Assembly (NCBI GenBank): GCA_040954595.2 | Contig: CM082581.2 | Span: 13,279,921-13,343,920, forward strand | Length of the DNA stretch: 64,000 nucleotides | Source of the DNA: Balanoglossus misakiensis | Lineage: Eukaryota; Animalia; Hemichordata | Direction: 5' to 3' | Part shown: one piece after another, positions 14,721-26,700 of the stretch | Layout of the letters: every line of letters begins with the position of its first letter | How positions within the stretch are numbered: position 1 is the first letter of the stretch | Notes under the pieces: generated by a model | The model's input: only the letters and a program-made list of their open reading frames with translations | Databases searched by the model: none | Told to the model about the DNA's origin: nothing | Made by a program: the position numbers and the translations under genes

Positions 14721-17700
14721 TCTTCGTAGTGGATAAGAATATTTGTGTCGAAAGTTTGATGACAAATTCTTTAAAACGTCCGACAGCGTTCTTCGGTCCC
14801 ACCCGACTACTGGCAAAGAAATCTAGAAATGGCTTAAAATCCTAATCCTCGATTCTTTACGTAGCACATGGTGCTTATTTGCATTTTTAAACAATCGCTT
14901 ATGTCAACCTCGCGCAACCCCTCGGGTTATTTGGAAACGCCTTTTCGGTTTACTCATTGGTTTTCTTCACCAGTCGAAATATGAGCATTTACGCTGTATT
15001 TCTGTCAAAAATTTAGATTTTCCTGCTGTGTTTATCTGTAGGAAATGTCAGATTTGTCTAATTTCGTTGATTTAAACTGTTCATCTTGGGTGTGGGAACA
15101 GGGACGGAGACAATGGCGTGGAAGAGCGGATGATGACGTAGGCGAGCACAATTTGCTATGGAGATTGTGTTCTTGTTGTGGAGATGCATTTAATCAGGCA
15201 TTCTGAAAATGCAGTAACCATGGGAGCCACCAAACACTACTGTTTCCACAATGGGTGTGTTTGTAGGCGTAACTAAGATCGGAGAAAATTCACGGTCGAA
15301 AGAAATGATAGTGATGCAACGCTGTCTGATCGTATGTACGTCCAAGGTGGTTGTGGACTTGATTTGCAATCAGGCTATCCGTATTTATGCAGGGACGATT
15401 TCCAGAAAACCTTTTGAGTGGAACGTTTGCATCTTGCCTGCCTTTTCGGCTCACCTTATTCCATAAATGTGGATTTGAGAATCTTGTAGTGTTTGACTCC
15501 TGAACACAACATATACGTTGTGATGTGATGTACTTCATACACCTGCGGGAATGACGGTGGTCAATCTTTTGAAGGCTTCGTCATTCTCGTCACGGTTCAG
15601 ACCGCGAGAGACGATAGTTCTGGCCCCGTCGATATTTGAAGGTTACGCGCACCTGAGTCGTGATTGTTCAACCAGCAACATCTCACCGTTCTGAATAAGC
15701 ACAGCAACTGAAATTGTGTTTCCTGTCTGTTGTGAGGTGTAACTCTACCACTTTCCATGATAATTTCGGGGGAGGGGGAAACTCCCGTAGATGCAAAGAC
15801 GCGAGTTCATGAAGGGAAAATGTTAGTTTTCTTTTATTTGCATGCACGAATGCTCAGGGTTATCCCACGGTGCAGTTGAAACAATCCGTGTCGACCAAAC
15901 CCAAACACCCGCTGGTGGTCATTCTCGTCCCATCAATGGACTAAAATTGGGTAATACATGTACTATATACTGCCTAGCCTGAAAGTGGTCCCTAGCCCCT
16001 TGCAGCGGTAAACACACCAAACTAAATATAATTACGCCGGCCTTTCGTTGCTTATGTCATTGCCAGTGCGCTGCATGTTACCTGAACTTTTTTCAAAGTT
16101 ATACTTCACATCAAAGGCAATGTGAGAAACACTACAAACATTTTCACAAGGCCGAATATCCAAACTTAATTTTGGCGAGGAGAGTTTGATCAGAATACCA
16201 AAATAATTAACTTCATGAGAGGATATTGTAAAGATTCAAAATGATAAATTACACAGTGCCAAATTCGCGAGTATCTTATCAGCCAGGAAAAAAACACAAC
16301 AGAAAACAATTAGATGTGTCCATGGACAACAAAACCAGAAATGTAATGCATAGAAGCGACCAGTCATAGCAACCAAATAAACATACTACAAAAAGCCCTA
16401 CGACACGCTTTCACGTGCGACATCCATCAACTATATAATGCTTGTAAGACCTTAGTTGCTCATTTAATACGAATACCGCAGATAAATATCATATTTGACT
16501 GCATGATGCAGGGCCGGTCACCATCAGGTGTATGAAGACTCCGTGCCGTTCAGTGACGTCGCGGTTTCGAATCCAAAGCCTTTCATGACACTGCTCGAAC
16601 ATATTTGCATCTGCCTAGGATACTGTGTTGGGAGTCAATATTGTACAGGTGTTTATAGAATACTGTCTATGCAATACGAAGCTGTTGCTGTGACGCGTCG
16701 CCAACCTGTGCTGATGTCGACAACCATGCATAACGGGGAAATGTTGTAAAAGATATGTGCCCGCCACAAAAAAACACCGCCAGAAACAAATATTTGGAAG
16801 AAAATCATCATGACGTAATATTAGACAAGCAACAGCCATTTGTTTTGAAGTAAACATTCTGTGATAAAACGTATAATTCAGATGTTTAAAGATCCGTGTT
16901 TGCAAGAACTGCCCCCCCGGGGGGGAACTGAAACGCATTGAATTAGCCTTACACTATGACCTTCGGCTGCGATTTTCCCTACATCATGGCTTGATTATGT
17001 AACCCTTCGTAGAATGCAACTAAACTCATTGAATATTGCAGCGAAAGTGTCCGACAATACAGTTTAGGGAATGTTTTTTTTAAGTCAATGCATATAATGT
17101 ATATTTGTTCTAAACTTCCCATCTTCCAGAGAATTGTCACTGCGGATTTCTTGGCCTGGACCATGCAATTTGACAACATCGATCGATTGACTAAATCGAT
17201 CGCCATTATAGGTGATCAAAGAAGCGACATTTTTTAAATGGGAGGGGGGATGTTTAATGGTTGTTAACACAAAATCAAGCCACCCACCATTACTTTACTC
17301 CATTACACAGGGCAATTGAATTGAAGTAAATTAAAGTTAAGTGATTGTCGATGTCAATTCCACGGAAAACACCACTTTATTGACTTGTATTATTGATTAT
17401 ATCCAATGTATATGTTGGAGCAGTGTGCAGCGCATCTGAAGACATTCCATCATAAGGTAGCATTCTTTTACCGTTACACTTGACTTGTGTATCTGCCTCA
17501 AAACCACTCTAACATTACATGTACTTTACAATTAATTTAAAGTTTTGAAAACGGATGGTGTGTAGAAACTAAAAGTATATAACGCCATTCATGACGTTTG
17601 TATCTAGGCAGCTGAAAAGTTGATTACAACAAATTAACAAATGAATTTGTTTAAGTCTGCATTGAATTTCTTTCTTTGTTGTGGGTACCTTTCGAGAGAC

Positions 17701-18405
17701 AAGGAAACAACAAGCTAATGTTAATCGTATTCAAAGTCTTTCAAAGGTGTGTTTTAGTTAAGGTGGATTGTTTTACAAATACCCTTGGCGAGCTTTGGCG
17801 AGGTCACGCACCCATGACTACAGTGCCGATGGGTTTTCGCTGATAGCGTTTGCAGACCTCAAGAATGCGATTCGCATGTCGGTGACAAAAGACAACGAAT
17901 GATGACTTTCTTTACGCTTAATGATTTGCCAAAAAGAGTTGGGTGTGTTAATAATGTGCCTTTAAGAGTTGGGTGTCCAGGAACTGTAAAGTTGTGTAAT
18001 AGTACAAACGTTGACCCGGACTCTTTGAAAGCACCTGTCGTGTGGAATTGCGCAGCTGTGTGGGCCAAGGGTTATAGGGACACGCCCTCGTACGATGAAC
18101 AATAGTCTGGAAGGATTTATTTGATCCCAAAACGTCTTGAAACTCGTCCAAGATGGTCGCAACCCGAAAGTGAAATAAAAAATACCAATCTAAAACAGCG
18201 AATCAATATGACCATTGGGTGTTGAGTTTCTGAGTTTTGACCAATTTCACATTCTCCGTGCTAAGTTGCATATTTTGGGCAATGACAATTCATTTGAACA
18301 AACTCCCATCTACAGCCCGTAATGCATCTGCAAAAAAGGGGGGATTGCCCCTTTTATATCAAATGAGTCAAAGACGCTTCCCATCATGGTTATTTTGAAA
18401 TGTGT

Positions 18406-18411
18406 TTTATT
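18406..18411 (-). terminator. Candidate polyadenylation signal of the KChIP gene (about 2.3-kb 3' UTR)
   Basis: TTTATT on the + strand (AATAAA on minus). It sits where AT-rich, CpG-poor sequence changes to CpG-richer intergenic sequence. Confidence 0.4.
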
Positions 18412-20736
18412 CCTTTAGAAAACACGAAATACATCCACATGTACAGTAAATGCTATCAATAATCAGAAATAAAAAAAAACGTTTATATATCTGGCTGATA
18501 TTTAACACAACGTGACGTTGTCATGGAAAATTAGCATTATGTACAAACTATGTGGGGTTGCTAAGCAATGGACTAAAACCATGACAGTGATGTTTGCCTG
18601 TGATAGTTGATTTGTCCTTCTCTTGAATGTCAAACTGTCAAACATGGTGACAGAATTCTGTTATTCTTTGCTTACACAAACCATGGTGAGACCCATTCAG
18701 ATCAGTTTCATTTGTGGGACTTAATTAAAGGAAATTAATATTTTCAGTAAATGCCTGGTTGGTAATGAAGTTTTATCTATTTATTTAAATCACTATGAAA
18801 TTTTTAATGAGATATTAAACACTACTGCTCTGGCACTGGGTGCCAGTTGGCATGGCAACTCGCTGTCAGATTTCAGCTCATAACCGAGCAGGCCACAAAT
18901 AGTTAATGTGCTCTATTACATGAGAATAGACAAGTAAATAGGCTTTGAGGTTGAGTACTGAAGCATAATGCTACTTAGCTCCTTTTTATCAAAAATTGTC
19001 TTTTATTTAATCTATACTCGCAGATCTAAATACAATCAATTATTAGCCTTTTGTACAGGAAAAGACACTGACATTCCTGGAAGAATTTGGTGAAATTTCC
19101 ATGGGTGAATTATTGACAGTTTATGGCCAAAGTGGAAACTTTTGTAACAGTTATGGGCATTTTCCATCACTGGATATATCACCTATCCCACCACCTATTT
19201 ACAATAACTTTAAACTGCAAAACTCTCACAAAATATACAGAATTCTCAGGTCCTAAAACACTTTCTTTGCAAAAAGTCATCTTAGAGAATTGTTGCCTGT
19301 CAAAATCCACATTTATAGCAACCACGCAACGAATCGTTCCAATCATAAATAAATACATTTTAATTTAATATAATTTATCAACAATTATGAAAGTTTGAAT
19401 CATTATAGGTTGCTATTCTCAAGAAAGATAAAATAGAAAGTATGAATGGGAGTGCTGACTGGTGGTGGTTTGTACCAAATACCCTAGAGGGCGCTGTCAC
19501 GCCTGATGCATTGCTGTTGTTTTTCCTAAGGTCATCAAAACATATCAGACAAACTCAATCCTGGATACTGACTATCTAGAGAACAGCTGATGTCTAAAAA
19601 CTAAGATAGTGAAGAAAATGCACAAAAGATTTTTTGAAGTAACTGGAGAATAAATTGATATTAAGACTGTACAGCAAACTTTATCTACAATCACTGCAAA
19701 AGTGATAACAACTTTGATGGCATAATATCGAATAGGAAATGGAACTTTTTTTGAAAATGTAAATTTACTATTTACAGTATCTGTAAGTTGTCAGCATGTA
19801 GTTTATCCAAATATGCCGCAATCATGATCAACCACGTCAAATACAAAAAATCTCTCCCAGGAAGAACATCTCTGGTTGGATTGATGGAGTTTAGAACTAC
19901 AGCACACAGTGCGAAGTTGCCAATTATATTAATTTGCTCTTTGTGTGTGCAGAGTCGTTATTTTGTATGTGTAGATTTTTACTACTAGTACCTATTTAAT
20001 TATGTGCTGACTTGAGCTGACTTGCTGTTCATCTTGGCTAAACTGCTTTTTCTCTTCTGCTCTAAGAAATCGAGATTTGTGCCTTTTGTAGGACAACACA
20101 GAATTAGTCGTAATACTGATTTTGGACAATTGCTAAAATCTGGCCTGGTTTCTCACAAACAAAGTCAGTGTTGAGAGTATAAGTCCGAAGCTGAACTCTG
20201 TCGATGGAATTTGAATATGCAAGTTGACACATCTGCTAGTAGTTCATGCGCTCACATGACTCTCTTCATGGTTTTCATAGGATAATATAAAGAAACCCAT
20301 TTTTAGATCAAAATATGAGCACTGGGGTTAAGCATACTACTCCTTTAAAATGGTTTTTAAGAACAGCACAGTGCTCTCTCTTTTTGTGTGAGGATTTTGA
20401 AATCAGGCAAGGAATTCACAGGAAAGGGCAAAATAGTCAGCATTTCATTTTATCATTAAAAAAACAAAACAATTACATATCTACAAATCTATGTATTGAC
20501 ACGGTGCTCCGAAACAACAGCATGTTTGGACATCAGTACAAATGAGAAGATACTTTTGAGAATGAATGTACATTTAGTAAAAAGAGAAAAAACATTATGG
20601 ATTTTAAATTTTAAAAGAGAAGTGAATACTTCTGTCATATTCACTCTGAAAAGTCAATGACCTCATCAAAGTGAGAAATTTACGATTTTACAAAAAAGTG
20701 TTGACTGGATATTGTGTACAGAGCTTCTGGCTGTCT

Positions 20737-23700
20737 TCATAATGTTGTATCAAAGAGAGATATTGACTTTGTAATATTTTCGTCCTGAAAAGGAAGAAAA
20801 AATATGAAGATGAAAAATAAAGGAACTGTTTTGATCTTGTTGTTGATGGATCAAACATTCTCGACATGATTTTAGGGTTTCTAAACTAGCAACAAGCTAA
20901 CAAGATAATATCATCCAATTTAAAGATGTTCAATTCGTTTTTTGTCTCAGTCAGATCATAATTTATTTAACATAAAACTGAGTTAATGGAAAATTTATAG
21001 GATCATGTCTACTAACATTATAGTAACTAGACTTTTTATCTGACATGAACTACTGTATGTGTGTGACTCATTGTACATACAGTCAATGGTCCATTGAATT
21101 CTCTGCTCTGAATTTAAAAGTGAAAATCATAGGACATTCTATGTGGTACATACCCTTTTACAGGAATCCATGAACTCATCAATTGTAATGACACCATCTC
21201 TGTTTAAATCCATTTTCTGTCATTCAAAAAGAAATTGTGACAATTTTAGTAGATGAAACCAAGATGTTGACATGCGCCCTCAACTATCAATAGCTGTTCA
21301 CTAGTCATCTTTGGTGCCGCGAATGTAGGATGTTGGAATTGTATGGTCATGCTTCTGCTATGACTCGGCTCATACAGATTTCACGACATGTCCTTTCGGT
21401 GACATGGACAGTATTTGCCCTTTGAAGTAATGTGTATTTAAAAGCTTTGCATTAAGTTTTACTGCATCTTTGAAATGTGTGTGAAGATGACTGCTTCTAT
21501 GTAACCAGAGGCATTAATTCCCCGGCTAAATTCATGAAAGGACAATTCCCACCAATGCTGTTTCATTTAATATCCAGTTTTATAACGTAACATCTCACGT
21601 AAGCACTTGATTTGATTTGGGCAAATATCCGCACGGCTATCGACATTCTAGAAACGGTCAAAGTTTCAATTTGGATACGGTCGTGCAAGCATTCAATTGG
21701 CCGGGTTGCTTTTCAGCATACACAGGCCTTCACTGAAAAATATTAGAGCGGTTTTCAAGTCGCTGACACTATGACACTGATGTATGCATTAAATACAGTT
21801 ACATGGGCTATGCCAAGGAGTGGAAAATAACCATCTGCTGATTTTCATCACAAGATGGCCGCCTCAGAGAACAACACAGCTGTCATTCCGAGCTATAACT
21901 CATTTGTGTGGGCATTGCCACGGCAACTGACTCATCCATCATGTTCTGCAAAGTCAAGTTATCAAGGTTGATGCCATTGCCAAATTAAACTTACAATATA
22001 GGTCAATGTCATGTCAAAGTAAAGGATCTTTAATTTCAGGTCAGCCTGTCACACTAAACTATAAATTGTCGTAATAAATATGTCCAATTGTGAAGAACAT
22101 GTAATTTATGTTAATCTTCCCTTCAAAGACAGCGATCTATGAATAGCATAGTCTCCTGTTTCCAAGACTTTTAAGTTCAAGTGAACTGACTGTGTTAGGA
22201 AAGTGACAAGGTCAACATGTCACCTTCCATACAATATCAACCACTCTATCAAATATTCCCGATGTGGAGAACGAATATCAGCAAAGCATCCGACACTGAT
22301 AAGGATATAACCAGATTTTTGTTTTCAAAGAAACACTGGATTCCTTCCCAGAGCCATTGATTCAATTCACAAGTGACTGATGATTATCTGTGTCTTTTAA
22401 GTGGTTTCCCCTTTTCAGACAGCGAGGATATTACCTGGCTTCCACCTGCACTTTCAGCCATTCACACTAATACCGAAAAAACTCTGATAGGGCAAGCTGA
22501 ACTCTGTAAAAAATGTCTTTTGATCAAATCAATCAATTTTTGGAGTGAACAAGCTCAACTTGGAGTTGAAAGTAGTTGTATTAAAATTATTTCATGGTTT
22601 TTCCACTTACTTGAAAAACTCTCTCCGCATGTTCTTTTGGTGAAACGTCTTCTGTTGGTTCTGAATACCGTCCCATCATTTCATATATTGCTTGTATAAT
22701 TAAAAACATTTCCTGTAAAGTGAAAAAAAACATCAAATAATATGTTACTGTTTTGGGGCGCTCTTAATACGTAGAAAGGTTTGCAAAGTCACATGATTAG
22801 GCATTTGCAGTGTCCCTTTAAATGAAAATGTAACAGGAAAATACCGACATCACAAAACACGCAGACTTTAAGCTTCTTACCTCCCGTGTAATGGACCCAT
22901 CCCTGTTGACGTCGTAAAGATTAAAAGCCCAATGTAATTTCTCGTTAAGTGTACCCCTTGATAAAACGGACAGACCCAGCACAAACTCCTGCAAGAAAAA
23001 AAGAAACAAACATTACAATCCTCAACATTTCACGTATTTTGCTTCATGTAATGACGGTCACTGTATCTCCTGTACATGCGTTGCAGCTGATGTAACATTC
23101 ACAACATTAAACCGGTCTTTGTTGACAGCAACTGTGATTTTATGCCTGACTTTTTAACAGCTAACAATTCACCCTTTGTTTCTCAAAGACAAATTACTCT
23201 CACCACAACCTTCACTACGCCCGGGCCATCATTCTAATTATTCATTTCTATTGTCTACTTTCTGTGAATGCATACCTGTCGCATAAATTCAAATCCGTCA
23301 AGACATTTTATATTTTCCTAATGACTTCCTCCTACAACGGTTTAATCGGCAGATGGGAAATTATTTGGGAAATAAAATTGAACCGAGTGCCACAGAAAAC
23401 TTACTGAGGCAGAATTTTCTTTCAATTCATGCAAAAGCTTTCGCTCATGAAAATTTTAGCCGGAAATCTTGCATTGTGTTCACAGGATCTGCCATTTTAA
23501 AAGCAAGATTCAAAATTGCGTCACACGATTGAAATGGTTATTATGAAACCATTACTGGATTTCCAGGTCTTCGACCAAAATTATGAGCAATTTTCATCTC
23601 AGATTACACGTTGTGTCTGCTTGATTAATAACAGGTTTGCAATTTTTGTATTTACCCAAGATGCATTGTTCTTCATCGATATGACTTACCTCAAAGCTTA

Positions 23701-26700
23701 TCGTACCATTATGATCCGTGTCGAACGTATTGAAAACATAGTGGGCGTACTGACTTGCATCTGGAGAAAAGAAATAACAAACTCAGTGGTCAGGTGCACT
23801 TGCTCTAAATATGAAAGTATTGCTGTTTTATCCCAGATGCGGATTCTATAGTCATATCAACAGTAAAGCATGGGGACACCATATTCTTTTCTGGTGGAAA
23901 TATACTTGGGCAGATGACTTGCAAGAGTGATCAGTGAGGATTTGTTTTCACAACAGATGTTTCGCCTGAGGCAAAAAGGATTTGCTACATGTCTCATTCA
24001 TTTGACTATATACAAGTAGCTTTCATGCTACATGTCTTAAATTTACTAATACATGTATAACCGAAACTGACATTCAAAATGGTTGCAAAAGATCACAATG
24101 CACGGTGTAGGAGACCAGATATGTTGCCTGCTTTAATCCTTTCAACCCCATATCCCATCATAGAGGTCAAACAATGGAAAAGAATGGATTTGGACCAAAG
24201 GATCGATGGATAGAAAGAGTTTAAGGATGTTTCAACACAAATTTTAGTCTGGAAAATCATGAATAGGTTTTCTTGGGCAATTTTGAACTATTTCCTCAAT
24301 AATACCAGCTAAGGAATTGATCTGGACCAATTTTGTGGGAAAATATGTCATACCAGTCCTCCAATTCCCCTCCCTTACCTAATCTTTCTATCTGAGAACT
24401 TCATGGCCACAAGTCTGTAGATCTGTAGTTTGTGAATTTCATTTCACTGGAAATGCTACAGTGGCTGATTTATAACACTGTATGATAGGTAACCAGATTG
24501 TAGAGCTTGTGTCCAGGGAAGAAAAATGTCCTGTCAGGTTCTCTGACATCATCAATCAAACTATCGGATAATAATATCCTAGAATTTCTGTTTTGTAGCT
24601 GGGTGTAAAAAATCATGTCCGGATGACTAAACGGCAATTCATGGTAACTACACAACTAAAGTTCACCAGGTCTGCACCAGGTGTGGTGCATGTCCGGTGC
24701 ATGTCTGACCAACAGGTCATGTGCAGCAATATGGCCCCAGACCTGCAGCAGTCTGCTGGATCAGACCTGCACCAGGCCTGTCCCGTCAGACCTGCACCAG
24801 GCCTGTCACGTCAGACCTGCACCAGGCCTGTCCCGTCAGACCTGCACCAGGCCTGTCACGTCAGACCTGCACCAGGCCTGTCAGAACAGACCTGCACCAG
24901 GCCTGTCCCGTCAGACCTGCACCAGGCCTGTCCCGTCAGACCTGCACCAGGCCTGTCACGTCAGACCTGCACCAGGCCTGTCACGTCAGACCTGCAGCAG
25001 ACCTGTCAGAACAGACCTGCAGCAGGCCTGTCACGTCAGACCTGCACCAGGCCTGTCACGTCAGACCTGCACCAGGCCTGTCACGTCAGACCTGCACCAG
25101 GCCTGTCACGTCAGACCTGCAGCAGACCTGTCACGTCAGACCTGCAGCAGACCTGTCACGTCAGACCTGCAGCAGGCCTGTCACGTCAGACCTGCAGCAG
25201 GCCTGTCACGTCAGACCTGCAGCAGGCCTGTCACGTCAGACCTGCAGCAGGCCTGTCACGTCAGACCTGCAGCAGGCCTGTCACGTCAGACCTGCAGCAG
25301 GCCTGTCACGTCAGACCTGCAGCAGACCTGTCACGTCAGACCTGCACCAGGCCTGTCACGTCAGACCTGCAGCAGACCTGTCAGAACAGACCTGCAGCAG
25401 GCCTGTCACGTCAGACCTGCAGCAGGCCTGTCACGTCAGACCTGCACCAGGCCTGTCACGTCAGACCTGCAGCAGACCTGTCACGTCAGACCTGCACCAG
25501 GCCTGTCACGTCAGACCTGCAGCAGACCTGTCAGAACAGACCTGCAGCAGGCCTGTCCCGTCAGACCTGCAGCAGGCCTGTCAGAACAGACCTGCAGCAG
25601 GCCTGTCACGTCAGACCTGCAGCAGGCCTGTCAGAACAGACCTGCACCAGGCCTGTCACGTCAGACATGCAGCAGGCCTGTCACGTCAGACCTGCAGCAG
25701 GCCTGTCACGTCAGACCTGCACCAGGCCTGTCACGTCAGACCTGCAGCAGGCCTGTCACGTCAGACCGTCACCAGGCCTGTCACGTCAGACCTGCAGCAG
25801 GCCTGTCAGAACAGACCTGCACCAGGCCTGTCCCGTCAGACCTGCACCAGGCCTGTCACGTCAGACCTGCACCAGGCCTGTCACGTCAGACCTGCACCAG
25901 GCCTGTCACGTCAGACCTGCAGCAGGCCTGTCACGTCAGACCTGCAGCAGGCCTGTCACGTCAGACCTGCAGCAGGCCTGTCACGTCAGACCTGCAGCAG
26001 GCCTGTCACGTCAGACCTGCAGCAGGCCTGTCACGTCAGACCTGCACCAGGCCTGTCACGTCAGACCTGCAGCAGGCCTGTCACGTCAGACCTGCAGCAG
26101 ACCTGTCAGAACAGACCTGCACCAGGCCTGTCCCGTCAGACCTGCACCAGGCCTGTCACGTCAGACCTGCACCAGACCTGTCACGTCAGACCTGCACCAG
26201 GCCTGTCACGTCAGACCTGCACCAGGCCTGTCACGTCAGACCTGCAGCAGACCTGTCAGAACAGACCTGCACCAGGCCTGTCCCGTCAGACCTGCACCAG
26301 GCCTGTCACGTCAGACCTGCACCAGGCCTGTCACGTCAGACCTGCACCAGGCCTGTCACGTCAGACCTGCAGCAGACCTGTCAGAACAGACCTGCACCAG
26401 GCCTGTCCCGTCAGACCTGCACCAGGCCTGTCACGTCAGACCTGCAGCAGGCCTGTCAGAACAGACCTGCAGCAGGCCTGTCACGTAAGACCTGCAGCAG
26501 ACCTGTCAGAACAGACCTGCACCAGGCCTGTCACGTCAGACCTGCACCAGGCCTGTCACGTGAGACCTGCAGCAGGCCTGTCACGTCATACCTGCAGCAG
26601 ACCTGTCACGTCAGACCTGCAGCAGGCCTGTCACGTCAGACCTGCACCAGGCCTGTCACGTCAGACCTGCACCAGGCCTGTCAGAACAGACCTGCACCAG

